Source of the DNA: Cyclobacteriaceae bacterium
GTDB taxonomy: Bacteria > Bacteroidota > Bacteroidia > Cytophagales > Cyclobacteriaceae
DNA: 64,000 nucleotides
Assembly (NCBI GenBank): GCA_026129485.1
Contig: JAHCHY010000014.1
Span: forward strand, 15,445 to 79,444
Direction: 5' to 3'
Part shown: positions 36,914 to 47,165 of the stretch, one piece after another
Layout: the number at the start of each line of letters is the position of its first letter
How positions within the stretch are numbered: the stretch's first letter is position 1
The notes under the pieces: generated by a model
Seen by the model: the letters and a program-made list of their open reading frames with translations, nothing else
Told to the model about the DNA's origin: nothing
Database searches by the model: none
Translations under genes and position numbers: made by a program

Positions 36914-37441
36914 ATGAGCAGCACTGGCGAAAAATTTCTGGTAGGTATTTTTGACGATGAAGATATATTGCTTCATGGCGTTGAAGGCATTCGTGGAAAA
37001 GGCGTAAAGATTCACGAGGTGTACACGCCTTTCCCGGTTCACGGGTTAGATGAAGCGCTGGGCTATAAGCGTTCGCGTTTGCCCATTGCCGCTTTCCTGT
37101 TCGGCCTAACCGGTACCATACTGGCTCTGGTTATGCAGATATGGATGCTGGGCTTCGATTGGCCCATGATCATTGGTGGTAAGAACTTCGTTTCATTGCC
37201 TCCCTTTATCCCGGTAACATTCGAGCTTACGGTATTGCTTTCCGCCCTCGGTATGGTTGCTACCTTTTTTATTGTAAGCGATATGAAGCCCTATAAAACA
37301 CCGCGCTCGTATGACATTCGCAGTACAGACGATAAGCATGTAATGGCTATTGATTTGACTGCCAACAAAATGAGCAAGGAAGAAATTGGCCAGATTCTGA
37401 AAGCCAATGGAGCATCGGAAGTAAACGAAAAGAATTTTTAA
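36914..37441 (+). CDS. actD: Alternative complex III subunit ActD (DUF3341)
   Basis: YTPFPVHGLD motif, 2 TM, operon position. Confidence 0.9.
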   Translation: MSSTGEKFLVGIFDDEDILLHGVEGIRGKGVKIHEVYTPFPVHGLDEALGYKRSRLPIAAFLFGLTGTILALVMQIWMLGFDWPMIIGGKNFVSLPPFIPVTFELTVLLSALGMVATFFIVSDMKPYKTPRSYDIRSTDDKHVMAIDLTANKMSKEEIGQILKANGASEVNEKNF

Positions 37442-37443
37442 TT

Positions 37444-38073
37444 ATGCCGAATATGCGTATAAAGTCAGGAATATGGGGTGTGGCTGCGGCCTTGTTGTTA
37501 GCCGGGTGTAAAGCCGGGGGCGACTACCAGGGAATGGAGTATGCGCCCAACATGTACCACTCTGTAGCCTACGAACCGCTTACCCAGATTACGGATGAGA
37601 ATTATGGAGTTTGGGTTAATTCGCTGGACAACGGACGCGGGGAATATTATAACACCAACAAGTTCAATCCTTTTGGCATGAACATGAGGCTGCCTGCCCC
37701 TAACACTGTGCGCAGAACAGATAATGGATGGTTACCCTATCGCGGTGCGAATGATACTACCGGCTTACGGTTGGCAAACAGGCTGGTGAACCCGTTGCAG
37801 GAAACCCCGGCTTTGCTGGAGCAGGGTAAATTACTGTACGATATTAACTGTAAGCATTGCCACGGTGCCAAAGGCGCTGGCGATGGAAAGGTAGCCGATA
37901 AATACCCGGGAGTGGCCAACCTTACCGGTGATGCAATTAAGGGTGTTACCGAAGGTCATATATTCCATGTGATTACGTATGGAAAAGGTTTGATGGGTGC
38001 GCACGGATCGCAGGTAAGCGAAGAAGATCGTTGGAAAATTGCCCGTTACGTAAAACAACTTCAAAAGAATTAA
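37444..38073 (+). CDS. actE: Alternative complex III subunit ActE (monoheme cytochrome c lipoprotein)
   Basis: Lipobox LAGC, Y.PNMY, CKHCH. Confidence 0.9.
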   Translation: MPNMRIKSGIWGVAAALLLAGCKAGGDYQGMEYAPNMYHSVAYEPLTQITDENYGVWVNSLDNGRGEYYNTNKFNPFGMNMRLPAPNTVRRTDNGWLPYRGANDTTGLRLANRLVNPLQETPALLEQGKLLYDINCKHCHGAKGAGDGKVADKYPGVANLTGDAIKGVTEGHIFHVITYGKGLMGAHGSQVSEEDRWKIARYVKQLQKN

Positions 38074-38096
38074 TCTCTACTTAGATCATACAATCA

Positions 38097-39434
38097 ATGG
38101 CAGCAGACGAACAGTATATTTTTAAACCGGAAGCAAAGAGAAACATTCTTATCCTGTTGGGTGTAGGCGTGGTGCTTTTTGTGCTGGGCATATTCTTAGC
38201 TAAATCCGGTGGACACCACGAAGGTGCTGATCATGGAACAATTGAGGTAACCAAGTCTTTGGTGGCCAGCACCGAACATGAGGCTGCTGCTGAAGCCGGT
38301 GGGCATCATGGAAGCGATCCCTGGTTGAAGAGAATTTACACCTCACTTTGGCATAACAACATTTTCTTTGCCGGTATCGGTATTATCGGGTTGTTCTTTG
38401 TAGCCATTCAGTATGCCGCGCAGGCAGGATGGTCCGCCCCGATCAAACGCATACCGCTGGCGATGGGGCAGTGGATTCCGATTGCCGGTGTCCTGATGTT
38501 AATTATCTGGTTTGTGGCAAAGGGAGATATTTTCCATTGGACACATCATGATCTGTACGATCCGCATTCAGCCGACTATGATACCATATTAGATCAAAAG
38601 AGTGTTTACTTTTTCTGGTTAGGCACAAAGGGCGGTTTCCCTACCTTCTATATTTTAAGGATGGTGTTGTTCTTTGGATTGTGGTACTGGTTCTACACCC
38701 TGATCAGGAAGCAGATGCTTGCGGAAGACATTAACGGTGGAACACAGCACTGGTATTCGGCCAGGAAATTATCGGCAGTATTCCTCGTCATCTTTGCCGT
38801 TAGCTCATCCGTAGCTGCCTGGGACTGGGTAATGAGCATTGACCCGCATTGGTTCAGCACCATGTTTGGCTGGTATGTGTTTGCGAGCTGGTGGGTAACG
38901 GGTTTAGCGGTAATTACACTTATTGTCGTGTACCTGAAAGATGCCGGCTATCTGAAAATGGTAAATGCCAATCACCTGCATGACCTGGGCAAATTTGTTT
39001 TCGCGTTCAGCGTATTCTGGACGTACATCTGGTTCAGCCAGTTCCTGTTGATTTATTATGCCAACATTCCCGAAGAAACGGTGTACTTCGTTGAACGGAT
39101 GAAGCATTCACCGTATTCCTGGATATTTTACCTGAACCTGGTGCTGAACTTCGTGCTGCCATTCTTATTATTGATGACGCGGGATGCAAAACGGCACATG
39201 TCTATGCTGAAAGTGATTTGTCCGATTGTAATTGTTGGACATTGGTTTGACTTCTATAACATGATTACACCCGGAGTGATGCAATACAACGGTGGTGTTG
39301 GCCTGCTCGAAATCGGTTTGGCCTTTATCTTCTTTGCTTTGTTCCTGTGGGTGGCATTAAACGCGCTATCCAAAATGCCATTGGTGGCGAAGAATCACCC
39401 CATGATGGAGGAAAGCTTGCATCATCACATTTAA
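38097..39434 (+). CDS. actF: Alternative complex III subunit ActF
   Basis: About 10 TM. Motifs DWVMSIDPHWFST and LHDLGK; operon position. Confidence 0.9.
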   Translation: MAADEQYIFKPEAKRNILILLGVGVVLFVLGIFLAKSGGHHEGADHGTIEVTKSLVASTEHEAAAEAGGHHGSDPWLKRIYTSLWHNNIFFAGIGIIGLFFVAIQYAAQAGWSAPIKRIPLAMGQWIPIAGVLMLIIWFVAKGDIFHWTHHDLYDPHSADYDTILDQKSVYFFWLGTKGGFPTFYILRMVLFFGLWYWFYTLIRKQMLAEDINGGTQHWYSARKLSAVFLVIFAVSSSVAAWDWVMSIDPHWFSTMFGWYVFASWWVTGLAVITLIVVYLKDAGYLKMVNANHLHDLGKFVFAFSVFWTYIWFSQFLLIYYANIPEETVYFVERMKHSPYSWIFYLNLVLNFVLPFLLLMTRDAKRHMSMLKVICPIVIVGHWFDFYNMITPGVMQYNGGVGLLEIGLAFIFFALFLWVALNALSKMPLVAKNHPMMEESLHHHI

Positions 39435-39459
39435 TTGAAACGCTGAACAAATAACTTAT

Positions 39460-40539
39460 ATGCTTACGTTTATAATCGTATTAGGGATCGTACTGGTGCT
39501 GGCCATCCTGTATTTCATATTCAGGATCGGGAACCTGGTGGAGCTGGTAAAAGAAAAGGATGAAGATATCTCGTCTTCCAATTCCGTTCATGCCTATTTG
39601 TTCATGCTCTTTATGATTGCAGGGTTGGTCGGATTTTTCTGGTATTCCTATGCTCATTTTGATTCGTACAATTTGCCCGTTGCTTCCGAGCACGGAGAAG
39701 TAACCGATTATTTGTTCTGGGTAACCATGGCCGTAACAGTAGTGGCTTTTGTGCTGATTTTTATTGTGATGTTCTGGTTTACCTTCAAATACCGTTATGA
39801 GAAGGGAAGAAAGGCAGCGTTTTTTGCCGATGATCATAAGCTTGAAATTGCCTGGACAGTTATCCCCGCTATTGTGCTGGCATTACTGATCTTCAGCGGT
39901 CTTCGCGCCTGGAATGATATTACCGGTGAAGCCTCCAAAGATGCTGCAGTGATTGAAGTAATTGGTCAGCAGTTTTTTTGGACGGCCCGTTATCCGGGCA
40001 AGGATAACTTGCTGGGTAAGCATAACTACAAGATGATTGATGCATCCAATGAGTTTGGTTTAGACCTTTCAGAAGAGAACACCTGGGATGATTTCAAGTC
40101 AATGGAGCTACACCTTCCAAAGGGAAAAGAAGTAAAGCTGGTGATTCGTGCAAAAGATGTTTTACACATCGTGTTCCTGCCACATTTCCGCGTAAAGATG
40201 GATGCCGTGCCCGGTATGCACACTACATTCAAGTTCACGGTTACCAAGTCAACAGCTGATATGCGTTCAGAAACCGGTAACCCGAATTTTAATTACGAGA
40301 TGGCCTGTACTGAAATTTGCGGACGCAATCACTTCGCTATGCGCTTTCCGGTGTTTGTGCACGATACTGTGGAAGATTACGAAAACTGGCTGAAGTCGCA
40401 GGAAGCATGGCTAAAGCAAAACCCCGACTACCTGAAGTATGTGCCCGCAGAAAAGCGTGAAGCGGCAATAGTAAAGGCAGGAATTCCGGCCGACAGCCAG
40501 GAGGCGATTCAGGCAGCGGTAACGGTAACTTTAAATTAA
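39460..40539 (+). CDS. coxB: Cytochrome c oxidase subunit II
   Basis: LEIAWT.IP and CuA ligands H..CTEICGRNHFAM. Confidence 0.93.
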   Translation: MLTFIIVLGIVLVLAILYFIFRIGNLVELVKEKDEDISSSNSVHAYLFMLFMIAGLVGFFWYSYAHFDSYNLPVASEHGEVTDYLFWVTMAVTVVAFVLIFIVMFWFTFKYRYEKGRKAAFFADDHKLEIAWTVIPAIVLALLIFSGLRAWNDITGEASKDAAVIEVIGQQFFWTARYPGKDNLLGKHNYKMIDASNEFGLDLSEENTWDDFKSMELHLPKGKEVKLVIRAKDVLHIVFLPHFRVKMDAVPGMHTTFKFTVTKSTADMRSETGNPNFNYEMACTEICGRNHFAMRFPVFVHDTVEDYENWLKSQEAWLKQNPDYLKYVPAEKREAAIVKAGIPADSQEAIQAAVTVTLN

Positions 40540-40554
40540 AGATATTAGTAAGTC

Positions 40555-42453
40555 ATGGCAACTATCGATATACATTCTCAAACAGCAACACCTCACCACG
40601 ATGACCATGCACACGAGCATGACCATCATCATGGTAACTTCTGGACTAATTATATCTTCTCAGAAGATCATAAAGTAATTGCAAAACAGTTCCTGATTAC
40701 AGGTATGGCCTGGGCCTTGATCGGAGGCACGCTTTCCGTACTGTTCCGTCTTCAATTAGGTTTCCCGGATGCTGACTTATCATGGCTTAAGCCTGTTTTA
40801 GGCGGCTGGTTAACTCCCGAAGGTAAGATTGACCCGGAATTCTTCCTGGCTTTGGTAACCATGCACGGAACCATCATGGTGTTTTTCGTGCTTACGGCAG
40901 GCTTGAGCGGTACGTTCAGTAACTTCCTTATTCCGTTGCAGATTGGCGCGCGCGACATGGCCAGCGGATTTATGAACATGTTGTCCTACTGGTTCTTCTT
41001 CCTTTCGAGCGTGATCATGTTTATCTCTTTATTTATCTCTACCGGCCCTGCATCCGGTGGGTGGGTAATTTATCCGCCTTTAAGTGCATTGCCGCAGGCT
41101 ATGCAAGGTTCAGGATTGGGGATGACGTTGTGGCTGGTGGCCATGGCGATCTTCATTGCGAGCTCGTTGCTGGGAAGCATTAACTACATTAGTACCGTAA
41201 TCAACATGCGTACACAAGGCATGTCGTTTACCAAACTCCCGCTTACAATATGGGCATTCTTCTTCACCGCTATCATTGGTATATTATCATTCCCGGTATT
41301 GTTTGCAGCAGCTCTGTTGTTAATCTTTGACAGAAGCTTCGGTACGAGCTTCTACCTGTCGGATATTTATATTGGAGGTGAAGCATTACCCAATCAAGGC
41401 GGAAGTCCGATATTGTTCCAGCACCTGTTCTGGTTCCTGGGGCACCCCGAAGTGTACATTGTGTTGCTGCCTGCATTGGGTATAACATCAGAAATTATTG
41501 CCACCAATTCGCGTAAGCCGATCTTTGGCTATAAGGCGATGGTGGGCTCCATGCTGTTCATTGCCATTCTGTCGTTCGTGGTGTGGGCGCACCACATGTT
41601 TGTAACGGGTATGAACCCCTTCCTTGGATCTATCTTTACCTTGTTAACGCTGATTATTGCAGTACCTTCTGCTGTTAAGATTTTCAATTATGTAACTACC
41701 CTTTGGAAAGGGAACATCCGGTTTACATCGGCTATGCTGTTCTCCATCGGTCTGGTATCATTCTTCTTAACGGGTGGTATTACCGGTATTTTCCTCGGTA
41801 ACTCTGCTATCGATATTCAGCTGCACGACACATACTTTGTGGTAGCGCACTTTCACTTAGTAATGGGCAGCGCATCATTCTTCGGCATGGTGGCGGGTGT
41901 GTATCACTGGTTCCCGAAAATGTTCGGGCGAATGATGGATGAGCGCCTGGGTTATATTCACTTCTGGCTGACTTTTGTAGGTGTGTACATGGTATTCTTC
42001 CCTATGCACTACATCGGTATTGCAGGTTTCCCTCGTAGATATTACAGTTGGACAGACTTTCAGGTATTTGAAGGTTTTGCTGACCTGAATATGTTGGTGA
42101 GCACGGCTGCTATTTTTACACTCTGTGCGCAGTTTATTTTCCTGTTTAATTTTATCTACAGTGTTTTCAGAGGCAAAGTTGCTCCGGCAAACCCCTGGGG
42201 CTCCACTACGCTGGAATGGACTACACCGCGTAATCCCGGCCACGGTAACTGGCCCGGTGAAATACCAGCGGTTTATCGCTGGCCGTACGATTACAGCAAG
42301 CCGGGCGCGAAAGAGGATTTTATACCGCAGCATATACCTTATTCCGAAACACCTGAGTCAAATCTTCCGCATGAGAACGAGCTCATTAAGCTGGAGCTGA
42401 ACAACGGATCCATCAACATAGAAGGTAAAGAAGGTAAGGACGACAAACATTAA
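40555..42453 (+). CDS. coxA: Cytochrome c oxidase subunit I (A1-type heme-copper oxidase)
   Basis: Motifs MHGT, WFLGHPEVY, WAHH, HDTYFVVAHFH. Confidence 0.96.
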   Translation: MATIDIHSQTATPHHDDHAHEHDHHHGNFWTNYIFSEDHKVIAKQFLITGMAWALIGGTLSVLFRLQLGFPDADLSWLKPVLGGWLTPEGKIDPEFFLALVTMHGTIMVFFVLTAGLSGTFSNFLIPLQIGARDMASGFMNMLSYWFFFLSSVIMFISLFISTGPASGGWVIYPPLSALPQAMQGSGLGMTLWLVAMAIFIASSLLGSINYISTVINMRTQGMSFTKLPLTIWAFFFTAIIGILSFPVLFAAALLLIFDRSFGTSFYLSDIYIGGEALPNQGGSPILFQHLFWFLGHPEVYIVLLPALGITSEIIATNSRKPIFGYKAMVGSMLFIAILSFVVWAHHMFVTGMNPFLGSIFTLLTLIIAVPSAVKIFNYVTTLWKGNIRFTSAMLFSIGLVSFFLTGGITGIFLGNSAIDIQLHDTYFVVAHFHLVMGSASFFGMVAGVYHWFPKMFGRMMDERLGYIHFWLTFVGVYMVFFPMHYIGIAGFPRRYYSWTDFQVFEGFADLNMLVSTAAIFTLCAQFIFLFNFIYSVFRGKVAPANPWGSTTLEWTTPRNPGHGNWPGEIPAVYRWPYDYSKPGAKEDFIPQHIPYSETPESNLPHENELIKLELNNGSINIEGKEGKDDKH

Positions 42454-42465
42454 TCGCTCCCGGCA

Positions 42466-43476
42466 TTGATCAGTACAGCGACCAGTCGTTTTCACAGGCT
42501 TTGCCTGGTAACACTGGTGGCTGTTTATTTTTTGATCCTGGTAGGGGGCATTGTAAGGAGTACCGGTTCCGGAATGGGGTGCCCCGATTGGCCAAGGTGC
42601 TTTGGCTCGTGGGTGCCGCCCACATCAGCCGATCAGCTGCCTGCTGATTACAAAGAAAAATTTGCAGCATTTCGCGACAAGAAGAACCAGAAGTTTGCGT
42701 GGTACCTGCAGGTTTTTGGATTTGAATCTACAGCCAACGCAATTCTGAATGACAAATCCATACTGGTTGAAGCCGATTTTAATGTAGCCAAAACCTGGAT
42801 TGAGTATGTAAACCGTATTGTAGGGGTAACAATCGGCCTGTTGATTATAGCCGTTTTTATACAGAGCTTCATGCTCCGTAAAACAAACAAATCCTGGTTC
42901 TGGATTGCATTCGCAACCCTGGTTACGGTAATTATACAAGGATGGTTTGGCTCTATTGTAGTATCCACCAACCTTACCTCGTGGACCATAACACTGCACA
43001 TGCTGCTGGCTTTTGTGCTGGTAGGGCTGTTAATCTGGTTGTTTGTGCGCAGCGGTGAAACGATTGAGCTGGCCACCGGGAAGTACACTCGCCTGATGCT
43101 GCTTTTTTGCATGCTGCTCCTGATCATACAGGTATTGCTGGGTACCGAAGTTCGTGCGGCCATCGATCGTGCTGCTAATTTACTTTTACCCCGAACAAGC
43201 TGGATTTCGGAAACCGGTGAGGCTTTTTTAATACACCGTTCGTTTTCATGGGTATTGGTATTTTTTCACGCCATCCTGGCTTACAGATTATTCAAAACAA
43301 CACCCTTCAATTCTTTAACAGTTGCCCTTGTTCTGCTAATTTTGCTCACCCTGATTACAGGTGCGGGCATGGCGTATTTTGCTGTTCCGGCCTTTCTTCA
43401 GCCCATACATTTGCTGGTGGCCACAGTAACCTTCGGTATCCAGTTTTTGTTGTTTTTAAGACTAAAAACGATTTGA
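42466..43476 (+). CDS. ctaA: Heme A synthase (COX15/CtaA)
   Basis: GMGCPDWPRC, EY.NR, and His-containing helices (TLHM, IHRS, PIHL). TTG start. Confidence 0.88.
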   Translation: MISTATSRFHRLCLVTLVAVYFLILVGGIVRSTGSGMGCPDWPRCFGSWVPPTSADQLPADYKEKFAAFRDKKNQKFAWYLQVFGFESTANAILNDKSILVEADFNVAKTWIEYVNRIVGVTIGLLIIAVFIQSFMLRKTNKSWFWIAFATLVTVIIQGWFGSIVVSTNLTSWTITLHMLLAFVLVGLLIWLFVRSGETIELATGKYTRLMLLFCMLLLIIQVLLGTEVRAAIDRAANLLLPRTSWISETGEAFLIHRSFSWVLVFFHAILAYRLFKTTPFNSLTVALVLLILLTLITGAGMAYFAVPAFLQPIHLLVATVTFGIQFLLFLRLKTI

Positions 43477-44367
43477 ATGGCACAACCTGTTAATACAGCT
43501 GCAACGCACACCGGATCGAAAATCCGGGCCTGTATGGAATTGCTGAAAGTGAGGCTGTCTTTATTGGTAGCGTTTTCCTGTGCCTTCGGGTATGGCCTTG
43601 CCACACGCGGAAATATGGACTGGCAGGTGCTGCTTATGTTAACATTAGGCGGGTTTTTGCTTTCAGGGGCATCTGCAGGCATTAACCAGATACTTGAAAA
43701 AGATCTGGATGCCCTGATGACCCGCACGCGCAACAGACCTTTGCCAACAGCACGACTCAGCGTAAGCGAAGCAACCGTTTTCACGTTAATCTGTATGGCT
43801 GTAAGCCTGGTTATCCTGTGGATTTACACAAACCCGCTTACGGTAGCGCTTTCCATTGTTTCCATGCTGTTATACAGCTTCGTTTACACGCCTTTAAAGC
43901 AGGTAGGGCCGGTTGCCGTTTTTGTGGGCGCCATTCCGGGGGCCTTTCCTCCGCTGCTGGGCTGGATTGCGGCAACGGGTTCAGTTACCTATGAAGCCAT
44001 TATCATATTCGGGATTCAGTTTGTGTGGCAGTTTCCGCATTTCTGGGCTATTGCCTGGGTGGCTGATGATGACTATAAAAAGGCCGGGTTTAAGCTTTTG
44101 CCTTCCGGAGGCGGAAAGGATTTGAATACAGCCATCCAGATTATGGTGTACACGCTGTTCCTGATTCCGTTGGGCCTGTTGCCCGCTACGTTTGGCATTA
44201 CCGGAATTTATTCTGCCGTGGTGGCCACACTCTGCGGAGCAGCTTTTTTCGGGCAAACTTTTTCGCTGATGAAAACAGGCAGCAGGCAGTCTGCCTTGCG
44301 TATCATGTTTGGGTCATTTATTTATTTGCCGGTAGTGCAGATCGCATATTTGTTAGATAAAATTTAG
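43477..44367 (+). CDS. ctaB: Heme O synthase (protoheme IX farnesyltransferase)
   Basis: Motifs NQILEKDLDALM.RT.NRPL, YTPLK, WQFPHFWAIAW..DDY. Confidence 0.93.
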   Translation: MAQPVNTAATHTGSKIRACMELLKVRLSLLVAFSCAFGYGLATRGNMDWQVLLMLTLGGFLLSGASAGINQILEKDLDALMTRTRNRPLPTARLSVSEATVFTLICMAVSLVILWIYTNPLTVALSIVSMLLYSFVYTPLKQVGPVAVFVGAIPGAFPPLLGWIAATGSVTYEAIIIFGIQFVWQFPHFWAIAWVADDDYKKAGFKLLPSGGGKDLNTAIQIMVYTLFLIPLGLLPATFGITGIYSAVVATLCGAAFFGQTFSLMKTGSRQSALRIMFGSFIYLPVVQIAYLLDKI

Positions 44368-44967
44368 ATGAGGATGGAGAAGACTACAACCGGGGAATTC
44401 AGGATAGTAGAAGAGCCCGGAAAGCCGTTGGCTATGGAGCCCAGGAAATTTTCCATGTGGCTCTTTATCGGCAGCGTGTTCATGCTGTTTGCAGCGTTAA
44501 CCTCTGCTTACATAGTGCGGGAAGCAGAAGGCAACTGGGTGTATTTTGAAATGCCCGGTGTGTTCACGATTTCAACGGTAATAATTTTGGTTAGTAGTAT
44601 TACCATGCAATGGGCATATTGGTCAGCCAAGAAAGATAATCTTGAAAATATAAAAATCCTGGTAGCTGTAACGGCTGTGCTGGGCTTTGCTTTTTTGATT
44701 TTGCAATGGCAGGGTTGGGTAGAATTGGTAGCGAGTAAGATTTATTTTGTGGGAAACCCTTCGGGGTCTTTCCTGTATGTACTTACAGGAGTTCATGCCA
44801 TTCATATCATCAGCGCCATAGTTTTTCTGCTGATTGTCCTGGTGGCTGCTTACCGTTATAAAGTCCACTCCAAAAACATGGTAAGCATGGAAATGTGCAC
44901 CACTTATTGGCATTTTTTGGGCGGACTTTGGCTATATTTGTTCGTATTTCTATTATTGTACCGATAA
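44368..44967 (+). CDS. Cytochrome c oxidase subunit III-like (first of the split pair)
   Basis: Motifs F.ALTSAY, G.HAIH, YWHFL..LW. Confidence 0.85.
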   Translation: MRMEKTTTGEFRIVEEPGKPLAMEPRKFSMWLFIGSVFMLFAALTSAYIVREAEGNWVYFEMPGVFTISTVIILVSSITMQWAYWSAKKDNLENIKILVAVTAVLGFAFLILQWQGWVELVASKIYFVGNPSGSFLYVLTGVHAIHIISAIVFLLIVLVAAYRYKVHSKNMVSMEMCTTYWHFLGGLWLYLFVFLLLYR

Positions 44968-44983
44968 ACCCTAATACCTGATT

Positions 44984-45751
44984 ATGGCACATAGTACAGC
45001 CACTGCAGTATCCGGAAAGAGCGTTTGGGATGGCGGGGATTCGCCCATGAACGCCAGCTACGGCAAGCTCATGATGTGGTTCTTCCTGCTTTCGGATGCA
45101 TTTACGTTCTCCGGGTTGCTGATTACCTACGGATTGGTTCGTTCATCCCACCAGGCGTATGAGGGCTTAGTTAAAGATTTTACGTTCTCTACTGAATATT
45201 GGCCGATACCGGAAAAAGTATTTGAAGCGGTTCCGTTCCTGCATGGCTACGAGCTGCCGCTTGTGTTTGTAGGTATTATGACCTTCATCCTTATCATGAG
45301 CTCGGTAACCATGGTGCTGGCTGTTGAGGCGGGGCACAGGATGGATCGCAAAGCCGTAGAAAAATGGATGTTGTGGACTATTGTCGGTGGGCTTACCTTT
45401 TTGGGTTGCCAGGCTTGGGAGTGGACTCACTTTATTGTGGGTACCGATACACCAACGATCGTTAAGGATTTTGTAAATGGCCAGTGGATCACGAAAGAAG
45501 TAACCGGGGCGAATCTGCATATCAACCAGTATGGCCCACAGCCGTTCGCAGACTTCTTCTTCTTTATTACAGGCTTCCACGGCTTCCACGTGTTTAGCGG
45601 GGTGCTGTTGAACTTCCTTATTTATTACAATACGGTAACAGGCGTGTATGAGCGCAGAGGCCATTATGAGATGGTTGAGAAAGTTGGCTTGTACTGGCAC
45701 TTTGTAGACCTGGTTTGGGTATTTGTATTTACTTTCTTCTATTTAGTTTAA
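44984..45751 (+). CDS. Cytochrome c oxidase subunit III-like (second of the split pair)
   Basis: Motifs MWFFLLSDAFTF, TGFHGFHV, YWHFVDLVW. Confidence 0.88.
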   Translation: MAHSTATAVSGKSVWDGGDSPMNASYGKLMMWFFLLSDAFTFSGLLITYGLVRSSHQAYEGLVKDFTFSTEYWPIPEKVFEAVPFLHGYELPLVFVGIMTFILIMSSVTMVLAVEAGHRMDRKAVEKWMLWTIVGGLTFLGCQAWEWTHFIVGTDTPTIVKDFVNGQWITKEVTGANLHINQYGPQPFADFFFFITGFHGFHVFSGVLLNFLIYYNTVTGVYERRGHYEMVEKVGLYWHFVDLVWVFVFTFFYLV

Positions 45752-45764
45752 ACATCTTTCGAAT

Positions 45765-46088
45765 ATGGCACATCATGCGCATGAACCAGAAGTAACGGTA
45801 CTTCCCCCGGATAAGGAGAAAATTAAAAAGCTGTGGACGGTAGCAGGTATTTTAGGTATCGTAACTGCGATTGAGTTCATATTCGCATTTACGATGGCTG
45901 CAGGAACATTAAGAACCTCGATTTTCGTGGCCCTGACTATTGTTAAAGCTGCCTACATAGTAGGGGAGTTTATGCACCTTCGTTATGAAACCAAAGTTTT
46001 GTTCTGGTCAATTCTTATCCCGGTAATTTTTATTGTCTGGATGCTGGTGGCCTTCGTATACGAAGGTATCAACATGCCGGTGTTTTAA
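45765..46088 (+). CDS. Cytochrome c oxidase subunit IV family protein
   Basis: 3 TM with KA.YI..EFMHL..E. Confidence 0.85.
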   Translation: MAHHAHEPEVTVLPPDKEKIKKLWTVAGILGIVTAIEFIFAFTMAAGTLRTSIFVALTIVKAAYIVGEFMHLRYETKVLFWSILIPVIFIVWMLVAFVYEGINMPVF

Positions 46089-46113
46089 TAATTGTAGCTG
46101 TTAAATGAAATTG

Positions 46114-46149
46114 AGAAGGCTAAAGTGTCGAACTTTAGCCTTCTTTTTA
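46114..46149 (+). terminator. Intrinsic terminator after the cox genes
   Basis: AGAAGGCTAAAGT/ACTTTAGCCTTCT 13-bp stem plus a T run. Confidence 0.85.
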
Positions 46150-46162
46150 TGTTATCCGATTG

Positions 46163-46636
46163 ATGTCGAAAAAGTTTACCTATCTCTTTTTAGCATTGCT
46201 TCTGCCCGGGCTTATTTTCGCGTTTCTGCGTAAGTTCGGTAAAAACGAATTCAATATACCGGTGTATTATGAAACAGGAGTGGATGATGTCCCCGGTAGT
46301 TGCGGCAGCTATCCGATCCCTTACCTTGTGCCGGACTCTGTGATGCAGATTATGAATACCGAGAATAAGCCTGTTTTGTTTGTTACGGATTCGTCACTTG
46401 TGGTGAAAAAGAATTTGGATAGGTTGAAATCCGAATTAAAGGAATCATTTACAGTTGTATGGGCCGATCCTGACAGGCATGAACGCTGGCCTGATTGCGT
46501 TTTCTTGCTGCAGAAGCCGTGGACTGCCGCATTGGTCGACACGCAAGGACAGATCAGGGGATATTATACCCCGGTAACGCGGGAGGAAGCGGATAGGTTA
46601 ACGGTCGAGTTACGTATTTTATTAAAGCAATATTAA
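46163..46636 (+). CDS. SCO-like membrane-anchored protein lacking the CxxxC motif
   Basis: The N-terminal TM and FGKNEF.IPVY plus the C-terminal ALVD..G.IRG.Y..E..RL..E..IL resemble Bacteroidota SCO proteins. No CxxxC is present. Confidence 0.5.
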   Translation: MSKKFTYLFLALLLPGLIFAFLRKFGKNEFNIPVYYETGVDDVPGSCGSYPIPYLVPDSVMQIMNTENKPVLFVTDSSLVVKKNLDRLKSELKESFTVVWADPDRHERWPDCVFLLQKPWTAALVDTQGQIRGYYTPVTREEADRLTVELRILLKQY

Positions 46637-46638
46637 AT

Positions 46639-47160
46639 ATGACTGAAGCTGCAAAGTCTCCGTATCATAAGTTAATCGTTACACTTTCAATCGTGTTGCC
46701 TGTTGCCGTAGCGGCATTGTTCAGAATCAGGATACCGGGATATGATTTTAGCTTCCTGCCACCGATTTATGCTACAACCAATGGAATTACAGCCGTGCTG
46801 CTGGTAGCAGCCGTAATTGCCATTAAAAAACGAAAGCGAAAGCTGCATGAAGCGCTTATAAAAATCTGTATGAGCTTATCCGCAGCTTTCCTGGTCATGT
46901 ATGTCTTGTATCACATGACCAGCGATTCTACGGCTTACGGTGGGGAAGGCGGCTGGAAGATATTTTATTATGTGATCCTGATCAGTCATATCATTTTATC
47001 GGTTGTGGTGGTTCCGTTTGTTTTGTTCACCTTCTCAAGGGCGTTATCCGGTAATTTTGAAAGACATAAGGCGTTAGCTAAATTTACTTTTCCATTGTGG
47101 TTGTATGTAGCCATAACCGGGGTTATCGTTTACATCATGATTAGTCCGTATTACACGTAG
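46639..47160 (+). CDS. DUF420 membrane protein
   Basis: H..LI, FLVMYVLYH, HK.LAK.T.P.WLYVAITG; usual cox-cluster neighbour. Confidence 0.88.
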   Translation: MTEAAKSPYHKLIVTLSIVLPVAVAALFRIRIPGYDFSFLPPIYATTNGITAVLLVAAVIAIKKRKRKLHEALIKICMSLSAAFLVMYVLYHMTSDSTAYGGEGGWKIFYYVILISHIILSVVVVPFVLFTFSRALSGNFERHKALAKFTFPLWLYVAITGVIVYIMISPYYT

Positions 47161-47165
47161 GCATT

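Noticed and set aside
44368-45751. Two subunit III-like genes
   Set aside because: A split subunit III pair is the usual layout of Bacteroidota aa3 clusters, not a duplication or frameshift.
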